Below are positions 1 through 8,506 of a stretch of DNA of 33,870 nucleotides, piece after piece. Positions within the stretch are counted from its first letter, which is position 1; each line of letters starts with the position of its first letter. The DNA is from Candidatus Micrarchaeota archaeon (lineage in GTDB: Archaea > Micrarchaeota > Micrarchaeia > Norongarragalinales > UBA8480): assembly GCA_043805855.1 (NCBI GenBank), contig JAZDHP010000031.1:1-33870 (forward strand), read 5' to 3'. Position numbers and translations under genes: made by a program. The notes under the pieces are model-generated. The model made no database searches, had not been told where the DNA came from, and worked only from the letters and a program-made list of their open reading frames with translations.

Positions 1-36
1 ATGTTCGGTTGAAATTAACTAATTAAAAAAGAGAAG

Positions 37-251
37 TGCCGCGGGGGAGAAGTATCCAACTTTTTCTTTTTCCAAGGTTTTTCTTTTCTAAAGAAAAAGC
101 TTTTGAACACCCGACCTCTAGATGGCTCGAGCAAACCTTGAGTTTAGATTTACTTTATGAGTTTCACAAACGGGAATTTTCTTTTCCCTCGGTCTTTTCT
201 TTTTCTAAAAGAAAAGCCGTCTAGCGCTCTAACCAACTGAGCTACCGCGGC
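37..251 (-). tRNA. tRNA-Met(CAU), probably elongator, with three introns (about 163-220 at 30/31, 124-155 at 37/38, about 51-101 in the T-loop near 59/60)
   Basis: Joined minus-strand exons give GCCGCGG TA GCTC AGTTGGTTA GAGC G CTAGA CTCATAA TCTAG AGGTC GGGTG TTCAAAT CTCCC CCGCGGC A, a full cloverleaf with one U.U mismatch in the T-stem. Anticodon CAT at 157-159. The 37/38 intron forms a BHB with outer helix AGTAAATC/GGTTTGCT. A GCC 5' end suits elongator Met better than Ile2 or initiator. Confidence 0.85.
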
Positions 252-418
252 ATCTGCAAAATCGCTAAGCGATTTTGTCTGCGATCACAAACGAAGTTTG
301 TGTCGCGTCTTCGGGCAGCTGCCCGAAGCCAGAGTCATAATGCTTCAAGCATTATGCTCATCTGTATTGTTTGTTGTGTTTGCCAATTTATAAAAGACTG
401 TGCGTGCTTAACGTTTGT

Positions 419-889
419 ATGTCTTATATTGAAGATTCGTTGCATTCGTTTGCTGGCAATGATTTGTTTAAAGTGTTTAACTTTTTCATGCAGGACGCTG
501 TGTTTGCGGTTGTAGTGCTTTTGCTTGCGGTTTTCCTAGTTTGGCGCATGCGTAAAAGTCCAGTTGTAGTTGTCGGGTCGCTTGTTGTTGTTTTTATAGC
601 GGTGCAACTTGCGAAGTTGCTATACCAAGATCCAAGGCCTTGCGTTGGGCTAGATGGTTGTGAAACTGGTTTTGGCTTTCCTTCACTCCACTCAGCTATG
701 TCATTTGCACTTGCTGGAACTGTTTTTGGAACAAAGGCGTTTTACACGCTTATTGCTTTTGCAGTGTTAGTTGCGTTGTCGCGGGTTATTTCGCTGCAGC
801 ATTCTTTTCCGCAAATTGTTGCCGGCGCGGTTCTTGGGTTCCTCGCTCCGTTGCTATTGCAAAAGCTTCTTTCAATGGTGAAACTCTGA
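419..889 (+). CDS. PAP2-family membrane phosphatase
   Basis: KxxxxxxRP, FPSxH and SRxxxxxH motifs with TM helices. ATG at 419 preferred over the ORF-track start at 371. Confidence 0.85.
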   Translation: MSYIEDSLHSFAGNDLFKVFNFFMQDAVFAVVVLLLAVFLVWRMRKSPVVVVGSLVVVFIAVQLAKLLYQDPRPCVGLDGCETGFGFPSLHSAMSFALAGTVFGTKAFYTLIAFAVLVALSRVISLQHSFPQIVAGAVLGFLAPLLLQKLLSMVKL

Positions 890-1467
890 TGCGCGGTAAT
901 GCAAAGCGCGAGGATTTGCGCAAAGTAGTTCACTTGCTAGTTGGAGTAGCTGCGGTTTCAATTGTGCAGTTTGTTGGATTTAACTCAGGGCTATTATTTC
1001 TAGTGGCTATTTTCCTTGTTGGTTTACTGCTAGCTAACTTCAAGATGCTTGGTGGCGAAGTTAAAGCCGTTGACCAAATTTTATCTGTGCTTGACCGTGG
1101 CGATTCAGTTCCGGCAAAAGGAGCAATGGTGTTCGCAGCTGGAATAATTATTTTACTTACTTACGCGAGGCCACTAGAGTTTGCGCTGGGGATTGTTTTG
1201 CTCCACGCTGCTGGTGACGCGTTTGCAACTATTGTCGGCCGGAGGTTTTCAAAACACTCGCTGCCGTGGAATCGAGAAAAGACAATTGCGGGAATTGCGT
1301 CGTATTTTATTTTCGGAACGTTGGCCGCCTTGGTTTTCATTCCGTTTCCCAGCGTGATTTTATATGCGTTGGTTCTAGCTATTGTAGAATCGCTGCCGTT
1401 GAAAGTGGATGACAACTTGACAGTTCCACTTACAGCGCTGTTGTTAATATTGGGTGGTTTTGCGTGA
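889..1467 (+). CDS. dolichol/phytol kinase-like membrane protein (CTP-dependent polyprenol kinase family)
   Basis: RKxxH, GDAFATIVG, EKTIAG and DDNLTVP motifs; overlaps the upstream stop. Confidence 0.85.
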   Translation: MRGNAKREDLRKVVHLLVGVAAVSIVQFVGFNSGLLFLVAIFLVGLLLANFKMLGGEVKAVDQILSVLDRGDSVPAKGAMVFAAGIIILLTYARPLEFALGIVLLHAAGDAFATIVGRRFSKHSLPWNREKTIAGIASYFIFGTLAALVFIPFPSVILYALVLAIVESLPLKVDDNLTVPLTALLLILGGFA

Positions 1468-2093
1468 AGGGAATTTTTATTGTAGTTGAAGGAATTGACG
1501 GTTCAGGCAAAGGGTACATGATGATGCGCTTGCAAGAGTACATAACTGGCCGTAGTAAAAAGTACGACCACGTTTTACTAACGCGAGAGCCGACTAATTC
1601 AAACATTGGCCAAAAAATGCGCGAAATCCTTGTAAAAGAAAGCGACCCTACAACCGGCGCGCGCAAGTGTCTAGACTTGTACGTTTCTGACCGCAAGCAA
1701 CATTTGGAAAATCATATTCTTCCAGCTTTGGAAAAAGGTTACGTTGTGCTATGCGATCGCTATAAGTATTCAACAATGGCTTTCCAAGCGGCGCAGGGAC
1801 TTCCACTCGAAGAGTTAATCGAACTACAAAAAGACTTTCGCACGCCAGATTTAACCCTAATTCTCGATTTGCCAACGCGCCAGGCAATTGCGCGCATACG
1901 CTACCGTGACTGGCAGGGCAGCAACGAAAAATTTGAAGATCCAACTTTCATGGAAAAAGTAAGAATGAACTACCTAACAATTGCGCATCAACTAAAAGAC
2001 CCAATTGAAATCATAAACGCGGGGGTTGAAAAAGTGGAAATGTTCAACCAAGTCAAAGCCGCAATTGAAAAACGCGGAATACTGCCGTACTAA
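1464..2093 (+). CDS. tmk: thymidylate kinase
   Basis: FIVVEGIDGSGK P-loop, TREP, CDRY, PDLTLILD. Confidence 0.93.
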   Translation: MKGIFIVVEGIDGSGKGYMMMRLQEYITGRSKKYDHVLLTREPTNSNIGQKMREILVKESDPTTGARKCLDLYVSDRKQHLENHILPALEKGYVVLCDRYKYSTMAFQAAQGLPLEELIELQKDFRTPDLTLILDLPTRQAIARIRYRDWQGSNEKFEDPTFMEKVRMNYLTIAHQLKDPIEIINAGVEKVEMFNQVKAAIEKRGILPY

Positions 2094-2132
2094 AACAATT
2101 AAAAACAAAAACCGCGCTAAAAATTTCACGTT

Positions 2133-2360
2133 GCTTCGATCGTCTAGTCCGGTCACGATCCTTTTCTTTTTGGAAAAAAGAAAAGCAATCGATGGAAAAG
2201 AAAAAATTTAATCTTTCTTTTCCATGAAGCTTTTCTTTCTTTAGAAAGAAAAGGTTCGTCGGTCAAGGACACTGGCCTTTCAAAACAAGGGCCGCTCATT
2301 GGCTAAAGCGGGCTTTCTCAAAGAAAGCCGGTAACTCGGGTTCAAATCCCGATCGGAGCA
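2133..2360 (+). tRNA. tRNA-Glu(UUC) with two introns (2155-2264 in the D-loop; 2283-2325 at 37/38)
   Basis: Exons give GCTTCGA TC GTCT AGTCCGGTCA AGGAC A CTGGC CTTTCAA GCCGG TAAC TCGGG TTCAAAT CCCGA TCGGAGC A. D-loop intron: CCGG/TCGG central helix with TCA bulges. Canonical intron: CTTT/AAAG central helix with CA|A and AA|A bulges. Confidence 0.92.
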
Positions 2361-2391
2361 TTTTATTTTTTAATTATTGTAGTGATTATTT

Positions 2392-2676
2392 ATGGTTGAA
2401 GTTGTGCCTTTGGTAAAAATTGCGCCTGTTGTAAAAGTTACGCCGGCTGCAAAAGCAAAATTTAAGGAAGAACTGCGACTCAAGGCGATGCTTGCCTTGG
2501 CTGACGAAGTTTACGCGGGTTTACCTGCTGAGCATTGGGTTGACGTTGAAACGTACGGCACTAAATTGAACAAAAAGTCAACGCCAATGAAACTAGCTTT
2601 TGGAATGCTCCTTGCAACTAATCGCTTAAAAATCACTGAAGATAAAAACGGCGCGCGTGTTGTAAAGAAAATCTAA
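2392..2676 (+). CDS. small basic hypothetical protein
   Basis: 94-aa Lys-rich ORF with ATG start filling the gap after the tRNA; no family recognised. Confidence 0.6.
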   Translation: MVEVVPLVKIAPVVKVTPAAKAKFKEELRLKAMLALADEVYAGLPAEHWVDVETYGTKLNKKSTPMKLAFGMLLATNRLKITEDKNGARVVKKI

Positions 2677-2812
2677 TTGTTAGGCTCCCGCCTTATTGTT
2701 TCCGTCGGTTAAAATACTTCTTTTGGGTACATTACTTAACGAAGTAGATACTTCGTTATAGGCATCGAGCTTCGCTCGATGACTCAGTTACAAGCTGTGG
2801 CTTGTGCTGAAG

Positions 2813-2844
2813 GCCTTACGCTTCGTTCGACGAAGTGTAAGTTA
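2813..2844. repeat. 32-bp hairpin repeat, copy 1
   Basis: gccttacgcttcgttcgacgaagtgtaagtta; 28/32 identical to 13169-13200. Confidence 0.8.
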
Positions 2845-2867
2845 ACTTTAGTTGTTGGTGGTTTATT

Positions 2868-5129
2868 ATGTCTAGAAATAAATTGATTGTTGTTCTTGTT
2901 GGGTTACTGCTAGTGGTTGTACTTGCAGGGGTTATCTACTCTGATTCTACTCAACCTATTTCAATTCACCCTTCTCAACCTGGTTCAATTCACCTTTCCA
3001 ACTTTACTTATAACTCCAGTTCAAATTTGAAAAATTTTGAATCTTGGCAAGATGTTTCTCTATTTCTAGAATCAGCTCAGTCGACCAATCAGTATTCTGG
3101 TTTACGGCGAGACATGATGGTGACGACTTCGCTTCCAATTAATGCAATTGCTGAAACTACTGCCGCTGCGCCAGCTGCTGGTTCAGCTAAAGATTTTTCA
3201 ACAACCAATGTTCAAGTTCAGGGAGTTGACGAGGCCGACGAGTTCAAAAACGACGGTACTTACCTTTACACTATTACTAATGGAAGGCTTGCAATTGTGC
3301 GCGCCTATCCTGCGGAAAACGCTGCACTAGTTTCAATTATAAACGCAAGCAATGGAACCGACGGTTCTTCTTTTACTAATTTGTTCGTTAACGGCGATAA
3401 GCTAGTTGTATTTGGTTCTGGTTCGTACCGGTGGAAGCCACTAATAGAGCCGCTTGCAAAGCAATTCAATCAAACACTCGAAAGCACCGCTACTGGCCCA
3501 GGGGTTCCAAATAGGATGGCAGTTGCAATGATTGCACCGTCAATTTATCCCTATCCGTATTACCAAGATTATTCTTCTTTTGCGCGCGTGTATGACCTTT
3601 CCGACCGCGCGAAGCCAGTTTTGATAAAAGAATTTAATTTCAAGGGAGACTACGTTGCGTCGAGAATGATTGGAAACAAAGTTTTCCTAGTTTTTCAAGA
3701 GTCAGCTTATCGTAATTTACCGATGCCAATTTATGCGGTTGACGGTCAACTGCGCGACGTCCAACCAAATGAAATTAGTTACTTTGACTCGCCGTTTGAC
3801 TCCTATTCCTTCACAACTGTTTTAGGAATGGATTTGAATGACTTGAACAAAAACGAATCGCGCAAAGTAATACTAATGGGCAACGGGCAAAACGTGTACG
3901 TCTCTCCAGAGAACCTTTACATAAGCTACGCGCGTTACGCTGATTACGTTCCCCGCTGGCCAATTTATGAACAAGTTTTAAACCAATCATTTACGAGCGA
4001 ACAAATTGACAAATTCGCAGCTGTTGAAGCGCTAAACTTAACCCAGTGGCGGGAAGACAACTTGAAAATGCAAGTTGCTCAAAATTGCCTAGATTCAATG
4101 CCAGTAGATCAACGCAATGTTTTGTACCAAGAGATTTACGGGGCAATGAACCGCATTCGCGACGAAGGCGAAGCAACTGTAATTCATAAGTTTTCACTTA
4201 CAAATGAAATTCAATACCTTGGCAAGGGAGAAGTTCACGGCCACGTGTTGAACCAATTTTCAATGGATGAGTATAACGGCAACTTCCGCATCGCAACGAC
4301 AATTGGGCAAGTGACCCGCGAAGGCAGCAATTCAACGAACAACGTTTACGTGCTTAACTCAACACTGGGCGTAATCGGCCGCTTGGAAGGGTTAGCGCCT
4401 GGAGAAAAGATTTACTCTAGCCGCTTCATGGGTGAACGGGCGTATCTAGTTACGTTTAGAAAAGTTGATCCGTTGTTTGTAATTAGTTTGAAAGAGCCAA
4501 CTAACCCGCAAGTGCTAGGTAAATTGAAAATTCCAGGTTACTCAGATTACTTACATCCATATGATGAAACGCATTTGATTGGAATTGGAAAAGACGCTGT
4601 GCCGTCAGAAGAAGGTGACTTCGCGTGGTACCAGGGGGTAAAGCTAACTTTATTCGATGTGACCAACGTTTCTACTCCAGTTGAACTCGCGACTTACAAG
4701 ATTGGAGATAGAGGGACTGAGTCACTTGCGCTTAATGACCATAAAGCGTTTCTATTTGACAAAACCCGCGGGTTACTAGTTGTGCCAATAACCCTCGCGG
4801 AGATTGACAAGAAAAAGTACCCTCAGGGAGTTGAGCCAAACCAATACGGTGATTATACTTTCCAAGGTGCGTATGTGTTCAACGTTTCGCTAACAAGCGG
4901 CTTTAAGTTACGGGACAGAATTTCCCACGCTAACCAAAAAGAATTGGACAATAGTGGAGAGTTTTACTACGGTGGGTTTACAAACGTCAAGAGAAGCGCT
5001 TACATTGGCAACGTGTTGTATACTGTTTCAGACACATACGTAAAAGCCAATAGCCTCAGCAACTTAGCTTCAATAGCAAGCGTGACGCTTCCGCTTGCGC
5101 CGCAAGTTTATCCAATAATGATAGAATAG
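2868..5129 (+). CDS. membrane-anchored/secreted beta-propeller domain protein (COG4880-like)
   Basis: N-terminal TM/signal; STTNVQVQGVDEAD, LNQFSMDEY, GEKIYSSRF, TFRKVDPLFVI, LKIPGYSDYLHP. Confidence 0.88.
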   Translation: MSRNKLIVVLVGLLLVVVLAGVIYSDSTQPISIHPSQPGSIHLSNFTYNSSSNLKNFESWQDVSLFLESAQSTNQYSGLRRDMMVTTSLPINAIAETTAAAPAAGSAKDFSTTNVQVQGVDEADEFKNDGTYLYTITNGRLAIVRAYPAENAALVSIINASNGTDGSSFTNLFVNGDKLVVFGSGSYRWKPLIEPLAKQFNQTLESTATGPGVPNRMAVAMIAPSIYPYPYYQDYSSFARVYDLSDRAKPVLIKEFNFKGDYVASRMIGNKVFLVFQESAYRNLPMPIYAVDGQLRDVQPNEISYFDSPFDSYSFTTVLGMDLNDLNKNESRKVILMGNGQNVYVSPENLYISYARYADYVPRWPIYEQVLNQSFTSEQIDKFAAVEALNLTQWREDNLKMQVAQNCLDSMPVDQRNVLYQEIYGAMNRIRDEGEATVIHKFSLTNEIQYLGKGEVHGHVLNQFSMDEYNGNFRIATTIGQVTREGSNSTNNVYVLNSTLGVIGRLEGLAPGEKIYSSRFMGERAYLVTFRKVDPLFVISLKEPTNPQVLGKLKIPGYSDYLHPYDETHLIGIGKDAVPSEEGDFAWYQGVKLTLFDVTNVSTPVELATYKIGDRGTESLALNDHKAFLFDKTRGLLVVPITLAEIDKKKYPQGVEPNQYGDYTFQGAYVFNVSLTSGFKLRDRISHANQKELDNSGEFYYGGFTNVKRSAYIGNVLYTVSDTYVKANSLSNLASIASVTLPLAPQVYPIMIE

Positions 5130-5144
5130 ACGGCCAAATGGAAT

Positions 5145-5744
5145 ATGGTACAAATATCAGGTAGCGTTGCAATGGACAAGATAACAATTGACCGGGAAAC
5201 CCTGAAAGCGTTGGGAGCAGATACGCGCATTGCTATTTTAAAATCGCTGTTAGAACGCAGGAAAACCCAAGCTGAACTAGCGGGCGAATTGAACTTATCG
5301 CCTCCTGCGGTTAACGAACACTTGCAACGCCTTGAAGCCGCTCATTTAATTCACAAAAACGAAGAGGGAAAAAAGTGGAAGTACTATTCCATAACGGAAA
5401 AGGGAAGTGCAATTGTACAGCAGTCCAACGCGCCAGTTTGGTTTCTCTTATCAATAAGTGCCTTGTCTTTAATTATTTTTTCAACGCAAATTTACAATAA
5501 ACTATTTTCAAACGCGCCGCTTACCTTTTCTGAAAGCGGAGCAACTATGGCTCAAGCTGGTTTGCCACTTGCTGACAAGGCAATAATAGCAGCTGCTCCT
5601 TTACCGTCCGGCGCTGCGCCAGTTCAAGCAACTGTTTCAACTTTTATTCCTTTAATTCCATTAAACGAAATTGCAGTTGTACTTATCTCGCTGCTAATCC
5701 TCGGCATTTCAATCGGCATGCTAGTAAAAAGAGACTCGCTTTAG
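5145..5744 (+). CDS. ArsR-type wHTH regulator with two C-terminal TM helices
   Basis: LKALGADTRIAILKSL...AELAGELNLSPPAVNEHLQRL...WKYYSITEKG followed by two hydrophobic segments; start may be ATG 5172. Confidence 0.85.
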   Translation: MVQISGSVAMDKITIDRETLKALGADTRIAILKSLLERRKTQAELAGELNLSPPAVNEHLQRLEAAHLIHKNEEGKKWKYYSITEKGSAIVQQSNAPVWFLLSISALSLIIFSTQIYNKLFSNAPLTFSESGATMAQAGLPLADKAIIAAAPLPSGAAPVQATVSTFIPLIPLNEIAVVLISLLILGISIGMLVKRDSL

Positions 5745-5782
5745 TTGCTAAATAATTTAAACACTCATTTGCTATAATCTCC

Positions 5783-6200
5783 ATGATAAAAATATATTTT
5801 GCGGGTTCAATTCGCGGCGGGAGAAACGATAGCGAAATACAATCGCAGTTAATCCAACACCTTGCTAAATTTGGACAAGTTTTAACTGAACATGTTGGCG
5901 ATAAATATTTAGGTAATTTAGGCGAGGTCAAAACTTCTGATAATTTCATTTACTCTCGTGATGTAGCATGGATTAAAGAATCAAACGTTGTCGTCGCTGA
6001 AGTTTCCACTCCTTCGCTTGGAGTTGGCTATGAAATTGGCAACGCAGAACGCCTCGGCAAAAATATTATGTTTATACCGAAACCAGCCAGACAAGCGCTT
6101 GTCGGCCATGATTGCGGGAAACCCAAATGTAAAAGTCGCCAAGTACGAAAAGCTAGAAGATGCAACAAAGCACATTGACGTCTTTTTCAAATCTCTTTAA
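5783..6200 (+). pseudogene. frameshifted nucleoside 2-deoxyribosyltransferase / DNPH1(Rcl)-type N-glycosidase
   Basis: KIYFAGSIRGG and AEVSTPSLGVGYEIG in one frame; ILCLYR...LSAMIAG in another frame. Shift near the A5 run at 6059-6063. Confidence 0.82.
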
Positions 6201-6246
6201 CGGCCAGGCGATATCTTTTTAGCGCTTGGCTGTGTAAGGTTTTTCG

Positions 6247-7755
6247 ATGAAATTTTCTTTTACGATTGCGGTTGTGGTTTTACTCTGCGTTGCTTTTGCA
6301 GGGTGTATTTTCTCCCCGTTTGACGATGGGGGACTTAGCGACGAAGAAATGGACCGCATCCTTAACCTAACAGTTAATCAAACTAACCGTACGGTTCACG
6401 TTCAAGTAAATAATTCTATCCCTCCGGTGAAAAACAACACGCCAGCCAACGTTACTCCTTCTTTGAATAATTCTCTCAATACTAGTGAAACTCCACCTTT
6501 ACCTGAATTAAACCAAACTAAAGCGCCTTTTGAATGGCAGCAACCGCCAGCACTAGAACGACGCATTAGAGCCCCGCAACAGTTTGTCCAAGTTCCAGTT
6601 TCAAATTATGAACAATTTTTGCAAAACCCAAGAGTTACAATGGCTATTGGCACTTTAGACGCGGCTGACAAGGCAACGTTACTCAACGCAATTACTCAAC
6701 TGGAAAACCACGACACTGCTTCATGGTCAGAGTTCGACGGCAAAGATTACTGGGATAGTCAAGAATACTGGACGCTTCCGTTAGCTGATACTCGTAAAAT
6801 TTGGCTACGCCGCGTGGCGTTTTCCCTATTTCAAGAATTGCACAAAAACGTTCCATGGAGTATATTAGACTACTCAGACGCTGAACTCAAGTACTTGCTT
6901 TCTTACTGCGTTGATACTCTAGATGCTAGGCCGGGGTTCATCAGCGCCGCACCGTACGCGCATTACGGTTGCCAGTCTTACTTGTACAAAGACTACGCAA
7001 AGAAAGTTGCGCCTGAATTAATTTTCGAACCAAACCCCTTGCGTACAAATGAAATTAGCCTAGAGATAATGAACAGCTATGACTTTGCCAACCAACGCGA
7101 GTTAATAGACTTGCTAGTTTCCCGCTTGCGCGAAATGAACTGGGGGCACATTCAAAGCGACGCTGATTATAGTTATTTAGTAAACGGCCAGCAGCATAAC
7201 ATGGCAACTACAATTGATCGCCTGTATAGCTTAAAGCGAGGCGGGTCAGGGTGGAATTCCATTTTCCTCGGTGCGCTCCTCCGCGGGTGGAACATTCCAG
7301 TCCACGTCGGTGCAATTAATGGCCATGGATCAGTGCAGTTCCCAACTGAAGACATCGGCATGTTTTCAGGAGACTGGATTCACGGCTGGCCAAACGGTTT
7401 GCCAATGGAAAATAGTTACATTTCAAACGCGCAGTTCAGCCAAATTTACTCACTTCCAGTGTGCAACGCTCAAGTCACAATAGACAAAGTTGTCATTGAA
7501 CGCCAATTGCAATACTATAGCGACTCAGTTTACGGCAAGCGAGTTTACCGCTATTTTGGCAACGACTACTGCGCTCTAGGCGACAGCTACGTTAGCTATC
7601 TAGTGAACAACGCTACTAAAACAGTTGACAGCGAGTGCCTCGACGGCTCAGATCCAAACAAGGGTCAATGGTACTCCGCGTTCGACCAGAGCGAAATGGA
7701 TGAATGGACGGCTAAGCTAGCGGCCCACGCTGAAGAACGTAAAATATGTGGTTAA
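6247..7755 (+). CDS. putative lipoprotein with possible transglutaminase-like domain
   Basis: Lipobox-like FAGC, an N/P/T-rich linker, and GGSGWNSIFLGALLRGWNIPV...GHGSVQF resembling a transglutaminase core. Confidence 0.6.
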   Translation: MKFSFTIAVVVLLCVAFAGCIFSPFDDGGLSDEEMDRILNLTVNQTNRTVHVQVNNSIPPVKNNTPANVTPSLNNSLNTSETPPLPELNQTKAPFEWQQPPALERRIRAPQQFVQVPVSNYEQFLQNPRVTMAIGTLDAADKATLLNAITQLENHDTASWSEFDGKDYWDSQEYWTLPLADTRKIWLRRVAFSLFQELHKNVPWSILDYSDAELKYLLSYCVDTLDARPGFISAAPYAHYGCQSYLYKDYAKKVAPELIFEPNPLRTNEISLEIMNSYDFANQRELIDLLVSRLREMNWGHIQSDADYSYLVNGQQHNMATTIDRLYSLKRGGSGWNSIFLGALLRGWNIPVHVGAINGHGSVQFPTEDIGMFSGDWIHGWPNGLPMENSYISNAQFSQIYSLPVCNAQVTIDKVVIERQLQYYSDSVYGKRVYRYFGNDYCALGDSYVSYLVNNATKTVDSECLDGSDPNKGQWYSAFDQSEMDEWTAKLAAHAEERKICG

Positions 7756-7948
7756 AGTGGTGGTTTTAAAAACTGCCTTTGTTCCAATTATTTTAAGCTT
7801 AACACCTAATTCTGATATTTGATTATTAGAGTGAAAACGTTGAGCTAAACAAAGAGAAAAGCGCGATGACAAACAGCAAGAGTTAAAGTTTTTTAACAAC
7901 TAGCTACTGTATTCGCCGCTTAGAAAAAAAATAGGTGAAAGAATAGAA

Positions 7949-8335
7949 ATGAGCTTTAGAGACAATAGATCAGGTGGAGACCGAGGCGGTCACCGTTCAT
8001 TCCATGGTGGAAGCGGCGGAGGCGGCGGACGAGGAAGAAGCGGAGGCGGCGGCGGCGGCTTTAGAAGCAGCGGCCCTCGAGAAATGCATGACGCTACTTG
8101 CAGCGACTGCGGTGCAGCGTGTAAAGTGCCATTTACTCCAACTCCCGGCAGACCAGTTTACTGCAACGACTGCTTTTCAAAGCACAGGGACGAAAGCCCG
8201 TCAAGAGGCGACTATCCGCCACGGGGACAACGCGAAAGACGCGAACCAGCAGGCGATAATCAGCAAACTGAAGAGCCAAAAGAAGAAACAGAAGAAAGCG
8301 AAGAAACAAGCGACGACGACACTCAAAAAGAGTAA
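7949..8335 (+). CDS. CxxC-x17-CxxC zinc-finger protein with Gly/Arg-rich N-terminus and acidic tail
   Basis: REMHDATCSDCGAACKVPFTPTPGRPVYCNDC; GGTGA RBS upstream. Confidence 0.9.
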   Translation: MSFRDNRSGGDRGGHRSFHGGSGGGGGRGRSGGGGGGFRSSGPREMHDATCSDCGAACKVPFTPTPGRPVYCNDCFSKHRDESPSRGDYPPRGQRERREPAGDNQQTEEPKEETEESEETSDDDTQKE

Positions 8336-8344
8336 AGTCTGAAA

Positions 8345-8415
8345 CTTTTTCCAAACTCCTTTTTTCTCTTTTTTTCTTTTTTATTTTTCTTTTTTATTTT
8401 TTCCTTTATTTTCAT
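8345..8415 (+). terminator. oligo-T terminator tract
   Basis: Long T-rich run immediately after the stop at 8335. Confidence 0.6.
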
Positions 8416-8506
8416 AACCTTTCTACTTGTTTCGCCAGCTTTTTCAACTAATTAACTTCAAAGTTCGGTTTTTAAATAATTAAGTAATTAAGTAATAAGC
8501 TTACTA

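Noticed and set aside
36..224. 62-aa ORF (and ORF 2026-2211)
   Set aside because: They overlap intron-containing tRNA genes; the Phe/Lys-rich translation reflects the T/A tracts.
2150..2265. CGGTCA direct repeat at the intron ends as a transposon target-site duplication
   Set aside because: It is explained by the symmetric BHB (CCGG/TCGG helix plus TCA bulges), so it is not independent evidence of transposition.
7974..8342. Overlapping Ala/Glu-rich ORF and GGC repeats
   Set aside because: Alternative frame of the Gly-rich CxxC-x17-CxxC gene; the repeats are Gly codons.
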